The notes below the pieces were generated by a model that saw only the letters and a program-made list of their open reading frames with translations, was not told where the DNA came from and searched no databases. From Lytechinus pictus (lineage: Eukaryota), in contig NC_087251.1 in NCBI RefSeq assembly GCF_037042905.1, positions 39,000,001 to 39,060,000 of the forward strand: DNA of 60,000 bases, in the 5' to 3' direction. The position numbers and the translations under genes were made by a program. Below are positions 38,772 to 52,513 of the stretch, piece after piece; position 1 is the first letter of the stretch; each line of letters begins with the position of its first letter.

Positions 38772-38911
38772 GAGCGCATGCATTATTACGTCACTCCTAA
38801 AGCGTGCATACGTCATCATCTAAGTGTAAACCGCTTGCATTGTTACGTCACTCGACTAATGCGCGCATACGTCAGTAACTTTTGTATTATATAGTCCACG
38901 TTGCTACCAAC
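38772..38911 (+). promoter_or_regulatory. Putative proximal promoter of the TMEM145-like gene: clustered CRE-like TACGTCA sites, GCGCATGC-like motifs and an X-box-like element
   Basis: Four TACGTCA motifs in a duplicated ~57-bp unit, and GTTGCTACCAAC at 38900-38911, 110-250 bp upstream of the ATG; mostly retained in copy 2. Confidence 0.45.
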
Positions 38912-39018
38912 TAATCACAATTTTTTCAAGCTTTTCATCGATCGGAACAAACGTTAAGTTCAGCATGTAATTCGCAAGAAAATCAAGTGAATAAAGCTGA
39001 TTTACCGAAAGATCGACT

Positions 39019-42000
39019 ATGGAACTTGGAAAATTCTTCGTGCTGGTTTTGGCCTGCATTTTGCTCGTTTCGGGCAATGCAGATGCCAAATTCAAACGCG
39101 GAGAAATCTCTACGGAACAGGTGAGTTGTAACAGGAGTGGGGTTATTTTTAAAGAAGAGAGGGAGGGATACTGATGTAGAAACATCGGGGTGGATATGGG
39201 GCTAAACCTGTGAATGGAGTTTGGATGTAAAATGTTCATTGACATGATGGGGAGTGTGTGTACACATACCATTGTATACTTTTTTTATTCTTCTACAAAC
39301 AGAATATTGAGAGGGACCGAAGCGAGTGAAGATCAATTTTAGAAAGTCATTTGAAAAATTTACAAGCAAAGTTTCATCAATTTTTAGTACAAAATGTTAG
39401 GAAATATTATAAAGAACAAAATAGAAGATGATTAAAACTATTGAATTCATATTTTTAGTGTAATCCAAAAACAAAATAGAAGGCTTAAAAAATATAAAGT
39501 GTCCGAACTGCCGACCCCCCATCCTACAACAAAATATATTTTGTGATAATTATAGAAATAATAATCAATATTAATAATAATAACACTAAGGTTAATGATA
39601 ATAAGTGTAGGCCTATACGTTTATATCATATCAGTAGCGTAAGCAGTATTTTTGAAGGGGGGGGGGCTTTCAAGCTGAATGAAAAGTTTAGAAGAAAAAA
39701 AGCGCCTTTGCCCAAAATTTGAGGTCGTTTCGTACCAAACAAATTTATTACGGGGGCTGGGAACCCTTGTGACCACATCCCTGCGTACAAAATGGGTTTT
39801 AAAGAGGGTTGAACCCCTGTGCTGTAGCCCCCCCCCCCCCCACTTCCCCTGCGTACGCTACTGTATCATATTATAAAGAATATGATTAGATTTCATCAGG
39901 TCATTGATAAAAAACAGCTTTTTGCTGATCTTTTGTATCTGAATGAATATATTGTAATAAATGAATAAATAAATTTCTACACGCTTTAGCCCTGGGCAAA
40001 GATTGAACACAACATCCCCACCTGGAATTTTCTTTTGGATGCTCCCCCCGCTATTTTCGTTCTGACAAAGAATGAAGAAAAACAATGAATATGGTCTCGC
40101 CAGATATACCTGGGTTCCGTTTCATAAAGATTTTAAAACAACATTTACACAACTTCTATAACGGGTTAAATATCAGCCAATCAAATCGAATGATTTTAGT
40201 AGCTTTAAACTGATATTGCAAATGTCTTATAGTAACAAGTTTTATGAAAAAGGCACCAGGACTTTTTAGAATAAAGATTCTGTGCAATATTCAACGGTAG
40301 TTTTGTATGGTAGAGCCTCAGCAAATGAGTGTTGAAAGCATGCTAAAATTTTTCTAGAATGCGTTTAGGATTTTACATTTTCATTCATTATAAAAAAAGA
40401 GAGTAATCTTTAAGAATGAAACGGTTAAAGCGCAATGGTAAGAAAAAGGAGCCATTCACAAATGCGTTTTGAAACTGGGGATTTGATAATGATCCCCATG
40501 TAAAACACAAGATCTAAAACCATGAAAACAGTGTTTAACATTTGAAAATGGAAAAAAAAACGAAAATGAAAAATGTGAAATATTATATCTTAATGTATCA
40601 AACATTATCAAAAGTTGGCCAAAGGAAAAAAAAGGATTAAAATAAATAAAAGGAAAAGGAATGTCTTCAAAAAACCTAAATCAACGAAAAAATATCAAAA
40701 CGTTGGACATAGATTTTTACTTTAAAAGGCTAAAAGTTTATTTCGCGATTGAGAGAGCGCTTGCCTCATTACCCCATGCCGAACAGGTTTGAAAAAAGCT
40801 CCGTCCTCTTTTATTAAAGACTAGACTTGTTTCAAAACTACTCATAAAGCCCGAAACAAAATTTCGTTTGCATCTTGGCATAGTAAAAGAAAATATTCCA
40901 TTTAGATGCATTAATGATGTACATATCGAAAATGATCTATTTCAATAAATGTACAATTTTCTCCAAGGAAATTACTTTTGCTCAAATAACTTTATACGCT
41001 ATTTAATGTCCCCTCTCTCTCTTACTTCCACCTTTCTTCCATATAGGATATGGCCTTCCTTGGGCAATTTTATTTCCAAAACAGGGAGGACAACATCCTA
41101 AACTTCACTATCACATACCCCGCTGTAAGTAATCCTCTTTTAAAAAAAATTAATGGTATACCGGAACCGGGTTTAAATTTTATCTCAAGTTTAGATTGGT
41201 CTGAATTCACATTTCTAAAGACCACCGCACACCTTACGACTGGTCAACAATCCGATTTAGGAACAAAAATATAATTTTGATCATTTTCTGAAAATGTGAA
41301 TAAGATGTATCTTTATTTGAAGTACAGATTAAGTGAAAGAATATTAATATAACAATTTTGGATGACTGTAAGTCTTTATTTTGTAGGAGAGTCCAAATTA
41401 GTTTCAAATTATAGCCAATCGTACGATTGTTAAGGCGTTTTAATAGTAGATATTAAATTCGCTTTTATTTTAATAAGGATGATGATAGCATTGTCACAGA
41501 TTTTAAACATAGATATTCATACGATGATTTAGAACATTACACAATGAGATAATCCATGTCCCAATATGATTATGAGCATCAAATTCTATTACGTTTTATT
41601 CCAAAATTGGGTAGCAGACCAATCGTAAGGTATATGCAGTGGCCTTTAAGCACGCACTTCATTTTATCTCCAAACGAAAAAAAGAAGAATTAACAAATTC
41701 TATTAGACAACGTAAATTTCAGTACGAACCATATATATATTTTTAAAAGAAAAAAATATATTCCGATTTTTTACATATATGGCATGAAGTTAATAATTAT
41801 AACGTAAATAATCTCTTTGGGTCATACAGGTTTGTATATTATGTTTTAAATAGAGAGATCGGTAAGTCAACAACTTAAATCGAGTGATGATAGATTCCAC
41901 TCTTGTATTGTACGTCTTATCATTATTTGTGTTAATTATTAATATATGTAAACAAAAACAAAATGTGTTTTGTACAGGACCAATGCTGCTATCGACTCGT

Positions 42001-45000
42001 CATATTTGATGAAAGCTATGGACAGTGGGGAAGTATACGACCGAACGAAGATAGACTGGTAATGAAATATCATAATCATTTTTTTGTAATAATCATATTA
42101 AGATGATTGTCGCGGATCAAGTCAGTAATGACCTGTAGTTTTCAATTGATAAAGGTTATTTAATGCCCGCCTCTTTATCCTGGTAGGAAACTCATAAGAA
42201 TGTCTAGAATGTAACAAATACAATTTTTTCTGGAGAAACTGAAAATAATCACCTTTATTTACTCTTAATAACAGAATCATTCTGTAATTTTCATAAAACA
42301 GGAATTTTTCTGCAATTTAACAGAACAGGTCTGTTTAAAAAGGGAAAAGGGTGTTTTATTCAAGGAAATTTGTAAGATTCCATACACCTAATACCAATTT
42401 CCTGTAAGTTTACGCAATCTGGTAAGATTACAGGTGTTCTCGAGACTCTGCTGCAGGAACTTCTTTTATTTTAAGGATAAATTTTCTAACAGTGTAGGCA
42501 CAGTCTTATAGTGAAAATACGTTCAAACTCCCAATAAATTTCTTTGAGCAAATAGCCAGAAATTTACCATTTTTCTTTTGACACAATCCTGGCAACTTGC
42601 TGCATTATTCTTTACCGTATCATGCTTTTGATACAATACTTTTTAAGGTTTTAATGATGTTTTCATCGTTAAGTTGAGTCTTTAATAATTTTTACGCTAT
42701 TTTCAGCGTAAAATTGAGCCAGAAAATTACGGTGTCCAAGTAAAAAACAAAACGAATAATGTTTTATTATTTTCTAACAAATCGTGTTTCTCCTTTTTCA
42801 CCCATTAGACCTGTCGGGGTAAAATCGATAAGGTGAAGGATCTTGAATATAAAATTAAATTGACTGGCCTTGATCCTACTTGTCAGTTGATCACTGATGA
42901 CAATGGTTTCAAAGTAAGTAGTGTGTTGTAACGGCAGTACACTCTCATTATTTTGGGTAAATTTCGTTCGGCAACACATTGTTGGTTATAATTTTGCCCC
43001 AAACTGCTCAAATTATTCCCGAACATTTTGACCAAACCGTGCAAAGAAAGTGCTGCTCAACTATATACCAATCGAATTCTTACCAAAAGTTGTCACATCG
43101 ATATTAAATCTACGTCTCCGCTAAATTTTGGTAAATTCTTTGAAGTATCTTAATTTTGTGTGAATGTATGTTAATTATCGGTCAAAGAGAAACAACACAA
43201 TTTTCAATTACTGTTTGGTTGTTCTACTTACCAACACAGCTTTGACATCAAGTTCTTTAATGTTTGATGGACAGAATAGGCTTAAGACCCAAAGTTGGTT
43301 ATGGATTGGTTAAAACATTGACCAACTATTTTAAGAGTGTACGACCTATATCCATTCCTTTGGAGAAATACTAAGTGTTACTTCTTTGCTACGTGTATAA
43401 TTTGTACAGTTTAACAAAAGAATACGTTAGACCTGTTCTAGTAATTGTTATCAGCATCATCCTCGGATCATTGTTATCAACATCATCATCATCATAATCG
43501 ATATTATCATTATTATTCGTGTAATAATCAGTAATAGAAGTAGTAAAAATATTTCAGTAGAAACAATAGAGGTGATATTGCTAACTTTCCTCCTTTCCAA
43601 ACTATTCTACAGGTATAACAACTGATATAAACGCAGACCAGATGAAACAATAAACAAATTAAAATCAGTTTCTTTTTTCTTATTTTATTATATAATTATT
43701 TTCATTATATTTCTAGACAATACCACATTATTAATATGTTTTCATTATTTTGTTATTCAGTGGCTTGTTTGTCAAGATACCATCACCTTCGAATCCCGAC
43801 AGCGACCACAGCACTACTTCGTACAGTTGGCAAATTGTAGGAGTAATAGAAAGGGATTGAGGAATGTCTCGTACACCTTACATATGACCAATGGGAAAAA
43901 TGGACTCTGGACGGAATTTGCGGAGAACCAGAAGTGTAAGATTTGTCATCAGGTTTTTTAATTGATTTATGGCGTAAGGTTTGCCTCATTATAAGGTATA
44001 TACAAAATAAATAACAGGATTTTTTTTTTACTGATTAAAAATATCGATGACGTACATAAACTTATTAATCACGAAGGTTGACATTAATTAGAAAAGAAGG
44101 CACGAGGTCTAATTATCAATGAAATAAAATAATTCCTATAAAAAGGAGAATATTTTATTATTATCAATATCATGTCTACCTTATCTATTTTCTGCTATCA
44201 CGGGAGTCTTAACAGCATTGACGTCATACTCATTCCTTTCTCATATATATGATTTTTTTTAACAGTCATGATGGAGACTGACTTGGCCTTCTTTCTTGGA
44301 TACGTGGCGATGACTATCGTGGCTACTCGATTCAGATGTACGTATATAACTATTTTATAAATTTCAGTTAATTATCATATTTCCCCCTTACAGCTGTAAG
44401 AGGAATTAGTCTATTCTCTCTCATGTCTACATTTAACTTCCAGAGGTGGTGTCTACCGTTTTATTACAAGATTTTGAGGGAATACAAAATCAGACCCTAG
44501 TGTAAATTTTCACACTTTCATTTATCTTTTTTTTTTTAATTCTTTTTCTAGACGTCTTGTCATTGAGGAAACTACTGCACCTAACCTATCGGTTATTCTA
44601 CAGCAGTCTGTTCTTCAAGACAGTGTGTCTTCTACTCCTAAACATCGATTTATCGAGGTTTGCCCGGACCGGACTTGAAATGACTAAGATGCAAGACGCT
44701 GGTAATTGAAGCTTATATATCAACAATTAAAATATCGATCTCAAATTTTCAATCTCCTAAAATGATCCATTATTAATTTTTTTTTAAATATACCAAAAAA
44801 GTGATTATAAAGAATAATAAAGAAAAGTATTATTATGTATAAGTTTTTTGGCATTGAGGAGCATATCAATTGGTTTGACTTTATTCATCTGGTTTCTTTT
44901 TTCAGCTGAGGTATTCTCGTGGCTGTCTACGGTTTTCTTTGTGTGTGTTCTGCTGCTTGTGTCAAAGGGGTTCTCTGTCACCAGGTAAGTACAACCTCAC

Positions 45001-48000
45001 ACAATGTCAAGATAAATTAATACGTATAAGAGCCCACATGTTAACCCAGTGATTCAAACTTGGAAGTTTCTTTCCATCACACTATATAGGAAATGAAGGA
45101 TCAAGATTGCACCTTAAATGAAACACTAGTAGCACCTTTTGCGGTGTCATCTTGCACCCTAAGTGAAAAAATAACTTCTTGGGTAACATTTTGCACCCGG
45201 ATATGCAAGTCTGCACCAAAAGGTGCAAAGCTGCATCCTTTACGTTAACATTGTTAATAAGGGTTTTAAATTGGTTCCTTCCTGAGATGGTTCAGCTCTG
45301 CACCATCTAAGTTGCACAGTGTAGCTAAATGCACCCATTTAAGGTGCATCATGTGTATATTATAGCACACATGAGCAACCTGTTGTGCTGCTATTTTACC
45401 AAAATATAGGGTACATTTATGGATCCCTATTAGTGTGAATGAACATTGTCATAAGCTATTTCTTCGTCTTAAAAGTAATGAATAAGCTTTGATACTTGGA
45501 ATACGGTTTGTTATTACTTGTTGTCATATCTGGTAAGCCTCTGGCAAACTATCAGGTTGTAAACAACAATACTTGTTTGAAAAGTATACACACAATTTGA
45601 AATATTTGCAATCAGGTCGATCGAAGATAGGCGCTGTCGCGATGGTAGTATTGATGAAGATGGAGTTGTTGATGATGTAGATGGAGATTATTACAATGAT
45701 CCAAATGATGAGGAGGAGAGGGATAATGATTATATATTTTCTTTTTACAGATCTCAGATAAGCCTACCTGGAACAGTGAAGACAATAGTGTTTGGTGCGA
45801 TCTACTTGACCTTCTACACAATCATCTTATTTGACCAACGTGTGTTCCTTGACCCCCAAGACATCATTACTAGTATGACGTCACTATCAGCAAGCGGTTT
45901 GATTGGCTTAAAGTTTACAGGTAAGAGAATGTTCTTTTATATCAATAAGGTAAAAAAAAACCTGAATGATTGTTATGCTACGGTACTGATCATGAAATTT
46001 GTTAGCAAAAAGAAATTAATTTATTGGCAATCTGATTGATATTTGGCCACTACAAAAATACGCTTAAAATAAATCGGAATGTCTCTAAGTATATTGTCAC
46101 CCACTCTTTTTATAGTAAGATAATAACAAAATGTATCGTTTTATCTTACTATTTCATTCTGTTTCTCTCTCTTCAGGCGCTATCATATTCGTATACGGCT
46201 GTATGGTGACGATCAAGAACCACCCAAGAAAGGTGCCCTTCTATTTACCATTCGCTATCTTCTTTAGTGTTTGGTTTGTAGCTGAGCCTACCTATCGACT
46301 TCTATCCTTGTACGTCTACCCAGTTCTGAAAAGGTATTTAATATTTTTTGTTCCTATTCATAAAAAGGAGAAAATGTGCTTTACTTCATGATCAGAAGAA
46401 AATTAACCTGCGTGGAAAACACATTACAAGAATATTCCGTTTACAATCTTGTCGTTTTAAAACAAAAACCGAGAACATGCCTTCTCAATATCTCGATAAA
46501 GACTTTCTTTTAAATTTCGTGTACACAAATAATCAAATTAAATTTTAAAAAATCAAATTAATGGTAGAATCTTATCACGTTAATCAATACAATGGGATAC
46601 ACAATCCTCAATATTCATCTGTTTAAAAGAACGTTCATGTAGGTGTACATATTAATTATTGATAGTTTAGGCAAATCTCAAGGTATCCTCCATTGTGTCA
46701 TGAATAGCATTTGTATATATACAAAGAGATATTCAAAATGCAATGTCTCATTAATGGGTATATTTTGTTTGCAAACTCACATACAGAAATGAAATGATGT
46801 GACTATTCAGTAAGTAAATGAACCCAAATCCAAACTAATTCACATATATTACCAGTTAATCTGCATCACACTTTTCTTTTATTTTTTTTCACAGTCCGAA
46901 TATCTGGAATGGGATTGACCTGGCTTTGTCTTTTGCTGGACATGCCTATTTCCTGTATTTAACGCGACCGGGCCGTCTTAATAAACGGTTCCCTTTCCAT
47001 TTGCGAGCAGGCAAGGTATACATAAAGGCTATTTTTTTATTATTAGTTTTCAATGTTATTCATTTATTTATTCACTTTTTCCCGTCAACATCATGTATCT
47101 ACGATTTAAAAACAGATGAGTTCTGGTTACACTGCCTTCTCGTAAAAGACTCATATGAACTATCTTAAATAATTTACTTGAAAAGAAAAGTTCAGAAATG
47201 ATTATTACATTTTTGCTGAAATAAAAGAGAAGAACGTAAAAGTGTAATGATAAAAATATACATATTGGCCTTTTGATTTTTTGTGATTTGTTATTCTTAA
47301 CCTAGGTTTCTTTCCGTAATATCGATGAGAACGTAGAAGATCTCTATGCTCCTTCGAAGGACTTTTATTCAGTTTTTCAAACTGGAAAGAAATCGAATAC
47401 CAGAACTGGACCGGCGTTGACTATTCCCGAAGAACACCAGCACTTCGAAACACCTGTGGTAGGCTTTTTTTTAATCTAGAATTCCATATAAATTTTTCAT
47501 AATTAACAAGCTATGAAACAAGTTATGAAACATGAATGACAATTAAAATTAAATTGAATAGAATGTTATTATGTTCTTATGTACAACGTACCCCCGAAAG
47601 TAAGAAAATACTGTACATTTAACAACTAACCGGCCTGAAAAAAATCAAAGACAAACACTACATTTTCCTTTACGTGTTGTTCGGAATTCAATTTTCTTCT
47701 AAATTCAGGTGGCTTTCAACGCACCTTCTGAAGAGTGCCTGGCTGTTCTTCCTCGACCATCCTCACCTGATATACCAACCGTGTCTGCTACTGTCGACCT
47801 GTCGTACCGAACACCCTCACCGGTTATACCAACGGTATCTGGTACTGTCCAGAAACATACACCTGCAACGTCCTCGGTATTTGTTTCCATGCCGTCCGTA
47901 ATGGCTAGGCAGTCATTTAAGATCACTCCTGCTGTCTCACCAACCTGTAAGATACGCATGGAACAAATTCATGAGGAAGACAGGACGGCAGTTGAGATAT

Positions 48001-51000
48001 CCACGGTAGGTTGGAAAAGATTATTCATTTTAGATTTTTTTTTTTGATCTCTCATGGACACCGAGCTCTTTCAATCGTACAAATTGCAATTTAAGTATTT
48101 CATATGATGTTTTGTCACTTTTGCAAATTTTGTCTAGGTTAGCTAAGAGTAAATTTATCGATTCCTTGTGTGTTCAAGAGGTTGTCAATCAATATTTACA
48201 TTTTTATTTACTTTTTATGATATGATGACATGAAAAAAAAAAAATTGTTATTTAACAACCGAATACATTAACAATCAACGCTTTTAAACTCAACTTTATC
48301 GAGATCGAGCTTTGTTTTAATCAATTGAAAAATATTAAATACACACAGTTTCATTTACTTATCTTTGATACAGGCTTCTGTTCCTAATGGAGGGTTCTCT
48401 GTATTCTGCGTCCAGAAACAACCGGTGAGTACCTTTAAGATTTAAAGTTAATAATACAATACAAATAATATAAACTTTAGGGTGTGTTCTCTTTTGTTTA
48501 CTAACGATAATGTATGTTTATGTTTATTCGGTGAAGCAAATAAAAAAAAATTATAAATAATTATTTTAATGCCCAAAAGTGCACTTGTATTTCGAATTCC
48601 TTGAAATTTGAACCATTATTAAGCGAACTACAGAGCTATCTAATGAAGATGTTAACATCGTGTACTTAATACAGGACACTGGAACTTCTCCTGTATATGA
48701 TTCCATCACAAAGGAACACAAGGATACATTACAATCTGACGAAAAGGTATAGTATTTTATTGATCTAAAAATTTATTTTAGCTTTAGAGCAAAGAAACGG
48801 TTCATAGTGAAGAATTCGCCATTTAATGTGGTTATGAATAGAATAATGATTTTGATGATGATGATGATAATAATAATAGTAACAACAAAAATAATGATAG
48901 TGGGTTCGTACATATATATCGCTCAGGTCTGTCAGAGTGTCAGATATAACTCTCAGGGCACTCCACGATTTTTTTTTCTTCTTTAGCCTAACTGTCTAAA
49001 GGGCGCTTTAGCATTTCAAGGAATCAATTCCTGCCGAATCTCTATTTACCTCAACTGAGTCGAAAGGGGCATAATGTAGATTGATCAACTTAAATTATTT
49101 GATATTTTAAAGATCATATTTTCTCCTTGATCCTAAAGTTAAGTGTTTGGTACATAGAAGGACAATTATACATAAAACGGACTACAACGACGTAAAGAAT
49201 ACATAAAGTAATACGATGTTGCATACACGATCCAAGAATTATTCCAATATAACCTTCACCGTCAAGAAAACTGTTGTCAAAGTTTACACTTCTTACATAT
49301 AAATTCATATAACCTTATTTTCATATCAAATTAAGTTTGCTTTTATTTCTTTTTTCAAAGCTTGTTGCTCCAAAGGGAGGATATTCGATCTTCTCTGTGA
49401 ACAAGCGACCGGTAGGTATCTCAGAATGTATGATCGTAGTTATTATAAGATGGATTTTTAAAATCTTTATAATGGAAAATATTATCATACATTAAAGGAA
49501 CATGAATTATATTCTACTGAATATGATTTTTACCAAAATCTGATTGAACATGAACATGAATATACATACTTCCAATGATTCCGTTTACATTAATATGACG
49601 AGTTTACAAGTTAATGTAATTTTTGTTTTATTTTATAAGGACACACTGTCTTCTTTCAAAAACACTGGCATGGATGTAACGGATCAAACACAGAACAATT
49701 CTGTGAACAAGGTAATCACACATTGCACAAAATATACTAAATCAACTTATTTGAAGTTTCTCAGAGTTTCATTAAATTTGTTTGAGGCAATTTACCAATA
49801 TATAAATATGTTTTGTTTGCACAGTTAGCAGTTTTAGTTTCAGTTTTATGAATTGGTTTTAGCAGGGTATCTCCTCCATGGCTATTAATATTACACTCGT
49901 ACTTTAGGTAATGTTATATAGTTGCATTTTGTTGTAAGAAATGAAATTTCATTTTTCATTTAAAAAATGAATATGAGTAAACATAGTTTGATAGTTCTTT
50001 CTATTGATTTCATTCCTTGCAACAGGAGCAACCCAGTGGTAAGAATGCCTGCAGCTTCCTGCCAAGGATCACACCATCCATCGAATCCAGTGTTTTATCT
50101 TCTTCTTACATCATCAAAGGATCCGACTCTGATGCCAACTGTCCTCTGGAGAATCTGCCAGCGACATGCAAACCCTATCAACATCAAGAGCCTCTGAAGA
50201 CCAAGGCTCCTTGGGAATCTGTATCTGATGATAAGGTGAATGAGACCAGAGTTGCTGAGAATCCTAAACAGATTGCCATCAGATCAGTGGATGACTCTGT
50301 CTTTCAATCTAAAGACACAGATGAAACCGAATCATATAGCCAGGTCAACGGCGGCACCAAAGTGAGGCTAATTCAAGTGCGAACAGCTCAACATGCCAAC
50401 TCGCCGTTAATGAACACTGGAGAATCCGATTCTGATTCTGAGGTACCTGAGATCCAAAGCCAGAATAACAGCGGCACTCCAAATGTGAGGTTAATTCAAG
50501 TAAAACCGGCCAACGACCCATACGTGAAGATCGCTACTACCAGGCAATCTAGACCTGCCGATCAAGCTTTGGAGAAGAGTTCAACTAAGGAATGCAACAA
50601 CACCGTCAACAGTGCACGCTTCATCACCGTAAAACCAGTGCACGAGCCTCTGCCAACCTTGGCTAATCGTGTATCTGCTGCTCTAGTCCAGAAAGCCCTT
50701 GATGCTACGAATGAGACCGTCCCAGAAATAAAATCAGTTTCTGACGATATTACAATCTCCCAGCCAGAGTCTTCTTCCTTGGCAACGAATGACGTGCTCC
50801 AGATCAAGAATCTCGGACCTGTTGTAGATTCTCAAACGTGGCAGTACCCGGTTCCTCCCCCTAAGATCCAGAACTGGACCACCGAGCCCCTGGAGCAATC
50901 AAAGAGCCAAGTCACCAACATCGGACAAGGAAAAGTTTCTGACGAAAATTTCCTCAATCTAGACAATGGTCATCCAACCTGTCCAAGTGAAACAGATATT

Positions 51001-51830
51001 GCTTCAACATCTGGGGATCACGCTCTTGTTCCTGTGGCAAATGGAGGGGACTTTTCGAAGGTGATTTATGATTTTTTTTTTCTTCAAATGTCAGGCTTTT
51101 ATTCTTTTAACGTCACTTTACATAATATTTAACTAAAAAGTACTTCTGGGCTTTACAAGAGACGCCGTGAAATTCTCTTTTGTACTTGAAAATATTTATT
51201 TATCTAGTTTTTTTTTTCTCACATCCTCTATGTAGCCTTCTAAAAAGACCCGGAAGGAGCCTTCACAAAGACGATTCCCCAAATCAACCAACCCGGGAAT
51301 GACAACGGATACCTCTTCTCATAACCAAAAAATGGTAATTACACAATCCGAGTCTATTCAGTGTATTTTCATATGAATTTGTTTCTTTACTGTTAAGTGG
51401 TGACTCTATAAAAGATATAATTATTTCAATACATGTTTAAAACAATCCAAAACATCTAAAACATTTCGATTACTAAAGATTATTGAAACCTAAACTTTGT
51501 TTAGAAAGGTTTGAAATAATCTTACAATGCTGATTAAACATTGGAAAAATTGTGTGATTTTGATGATGTCTTTATGTAACACGTGTCGGTCGTCAATGCA
51601 TGTACCATGCAACCAAATATATTTTAAATATCAAATTTCTATACCATGTTTTTGTATGGTATTTCATTTTTTTCCAGCAACTCACCATTTTGAGATCTTC
51701 TTAATCTCTTTTATTCCTTTTCATATTTCCTTGTCTTTAGGCTATGGATTCAAAGACAAAGAAGAAGAAGCTCAAGAAATTCCTAAAGCTCGCACGCAAG
51801 CACAAGAACAAGCCTGCGAATGAGGATTAG
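39019..51830 (+). CDS. TMEM145: TMEM145-like (GPR180/TMEM145 family) multi-pass membrane protein with long C-terminal low-complexity tail, ~1069 aa
   Basis: 20 GT-AG exons in frame: 39019-39120, 41047-41124, 41978-42058, 42809-42913, 43761-43935, 44266-44337, 44552-44701, 44906-44984, 45751-45920, 46177-46333, 46895-47015, 47306-47458, 47709-48005, 48374-48424, 48675-48746, 49361-49411, 49640-49711, 50026-51060, 51236-51334, 51741-51830 (TAG). Signal peptide MELGKFFVLVLACILLVSGNADA. Family-like motifs YTLHMTNG, METDLAF, RKLLHLTY, SKGFSVTR, HPRKVPFYLPF, LTRPGRLNKRFPFHLR. The tail exons are supported only by splice sites and phase. Confidence 0.85.
39632..39863. mobile_element. hAT-like MITE with perfect 8-bp TSD, shared by both duplication copies (57740-57980)
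   Basis: TIRs cagtagcgtaagcag / ctgcgtacgctactg; TATCATAT on both sides. Confidence 0.85.
40109..40260. mobile_element. Short MITE (related partial copy at ~15789-15905; duplicate at ~58217-58369)
   Basis: Imperfect TIRs cctgggttccgtttcataaa / tttatgaaaaaggcaccagg with internal agccaatcaaatc. Confidence 0.55.
42267..42496. mobile_element. Truncated copy of the MITE at 24300-24586
   Basis: Near-identical sequence ending in ttttctaacagtgta. Confidence 0.8.
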
Positions 51831-52434
51831 GAACTAACATATCACTTCAACTATACTGCAATGATTGAAAAACAAACCGGATACCTTTGGGCCATAAACA
51901 AACCTTCACTTCACCTAGTATATTATCCCATAAGAAAAAAAAATGGGCATGTCTTTGGATCATTTACCGAAACTGAAAAAAAAAGAATTTTCAATAAGTC
52001 TTAGTTACGAACTCTAAAATACAATTTATTTTGTTTAGGAAAAACGCTAAATATGCAACAGGTCATATATAGAGAGCCACTATTAACTGAAGCAATCAGT
52101 GGGCTTTAATTTCATTAAAAACTGGCAGAGTTCTGAATGATGGTTACAAACAAATTCAGGCTTATTCATTTATTTCCAAAAGGATAATGGTATGTTATAT
52201 TCTAATCATAGAAAACTTTATTTCAGGTTTGATTTTCAAAGAGAATTTATTTTGCAGTTTGAGGAGTCCATTGTCATACTCTTCAACCACTAATGATTAG
52301 TTACTTAAAAAGTCATATTGAAATAATTAAATGACGAATCTTGAACATACTTGAAAATTGAATTCATTTAACTTAATGAAACAAGAATATTGTCAACGAA
52401 ATGTAATTTTGAGAAGTATGCATACCTTATTGGA

Positions 52435-52513
52435 AATAAAGCTCTAAAACAATCTGCAGATACTGACATGCCATACAATGAATCAAGCTTTGTTAAGTCT
52501 CATTCTCAATAAA
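52435..52513 (+). promoter_or_regulatory. Candidate polyadenylation signals of TMEM145-like copy 1
   Basis: AATAAA at 52435-52440 and 52508-52513, followed by GT-rich sequence. Confidence 0.4.

Larger units (their letters stand above)
34293..41915 (+). repeat. Segmental duplication, copy 1 (portion matched inside the window)
   Basis: Colinear high identity, with indels, to 52605-60000, starting at gtccgaccatgaatataccaagaacaaccatcc. Confidence 0.95.

Noticed and set aside
38904..39272. Antisense ORFs overlapping TMEM145-like exon 1, present in both copies
   Set aside because: Their recurrence is explained by the duplication; the frame is broken in copy 2 and no recognisable domain is present.
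50017..51132. 371-aa ORF as a standalone gene
   Set aside because: It is bounded by a CAG acceptor (50025) and GT donor (51061) in phase with neighbouring exons, so it is better read as an internal exon of the TMEM145-like gene.
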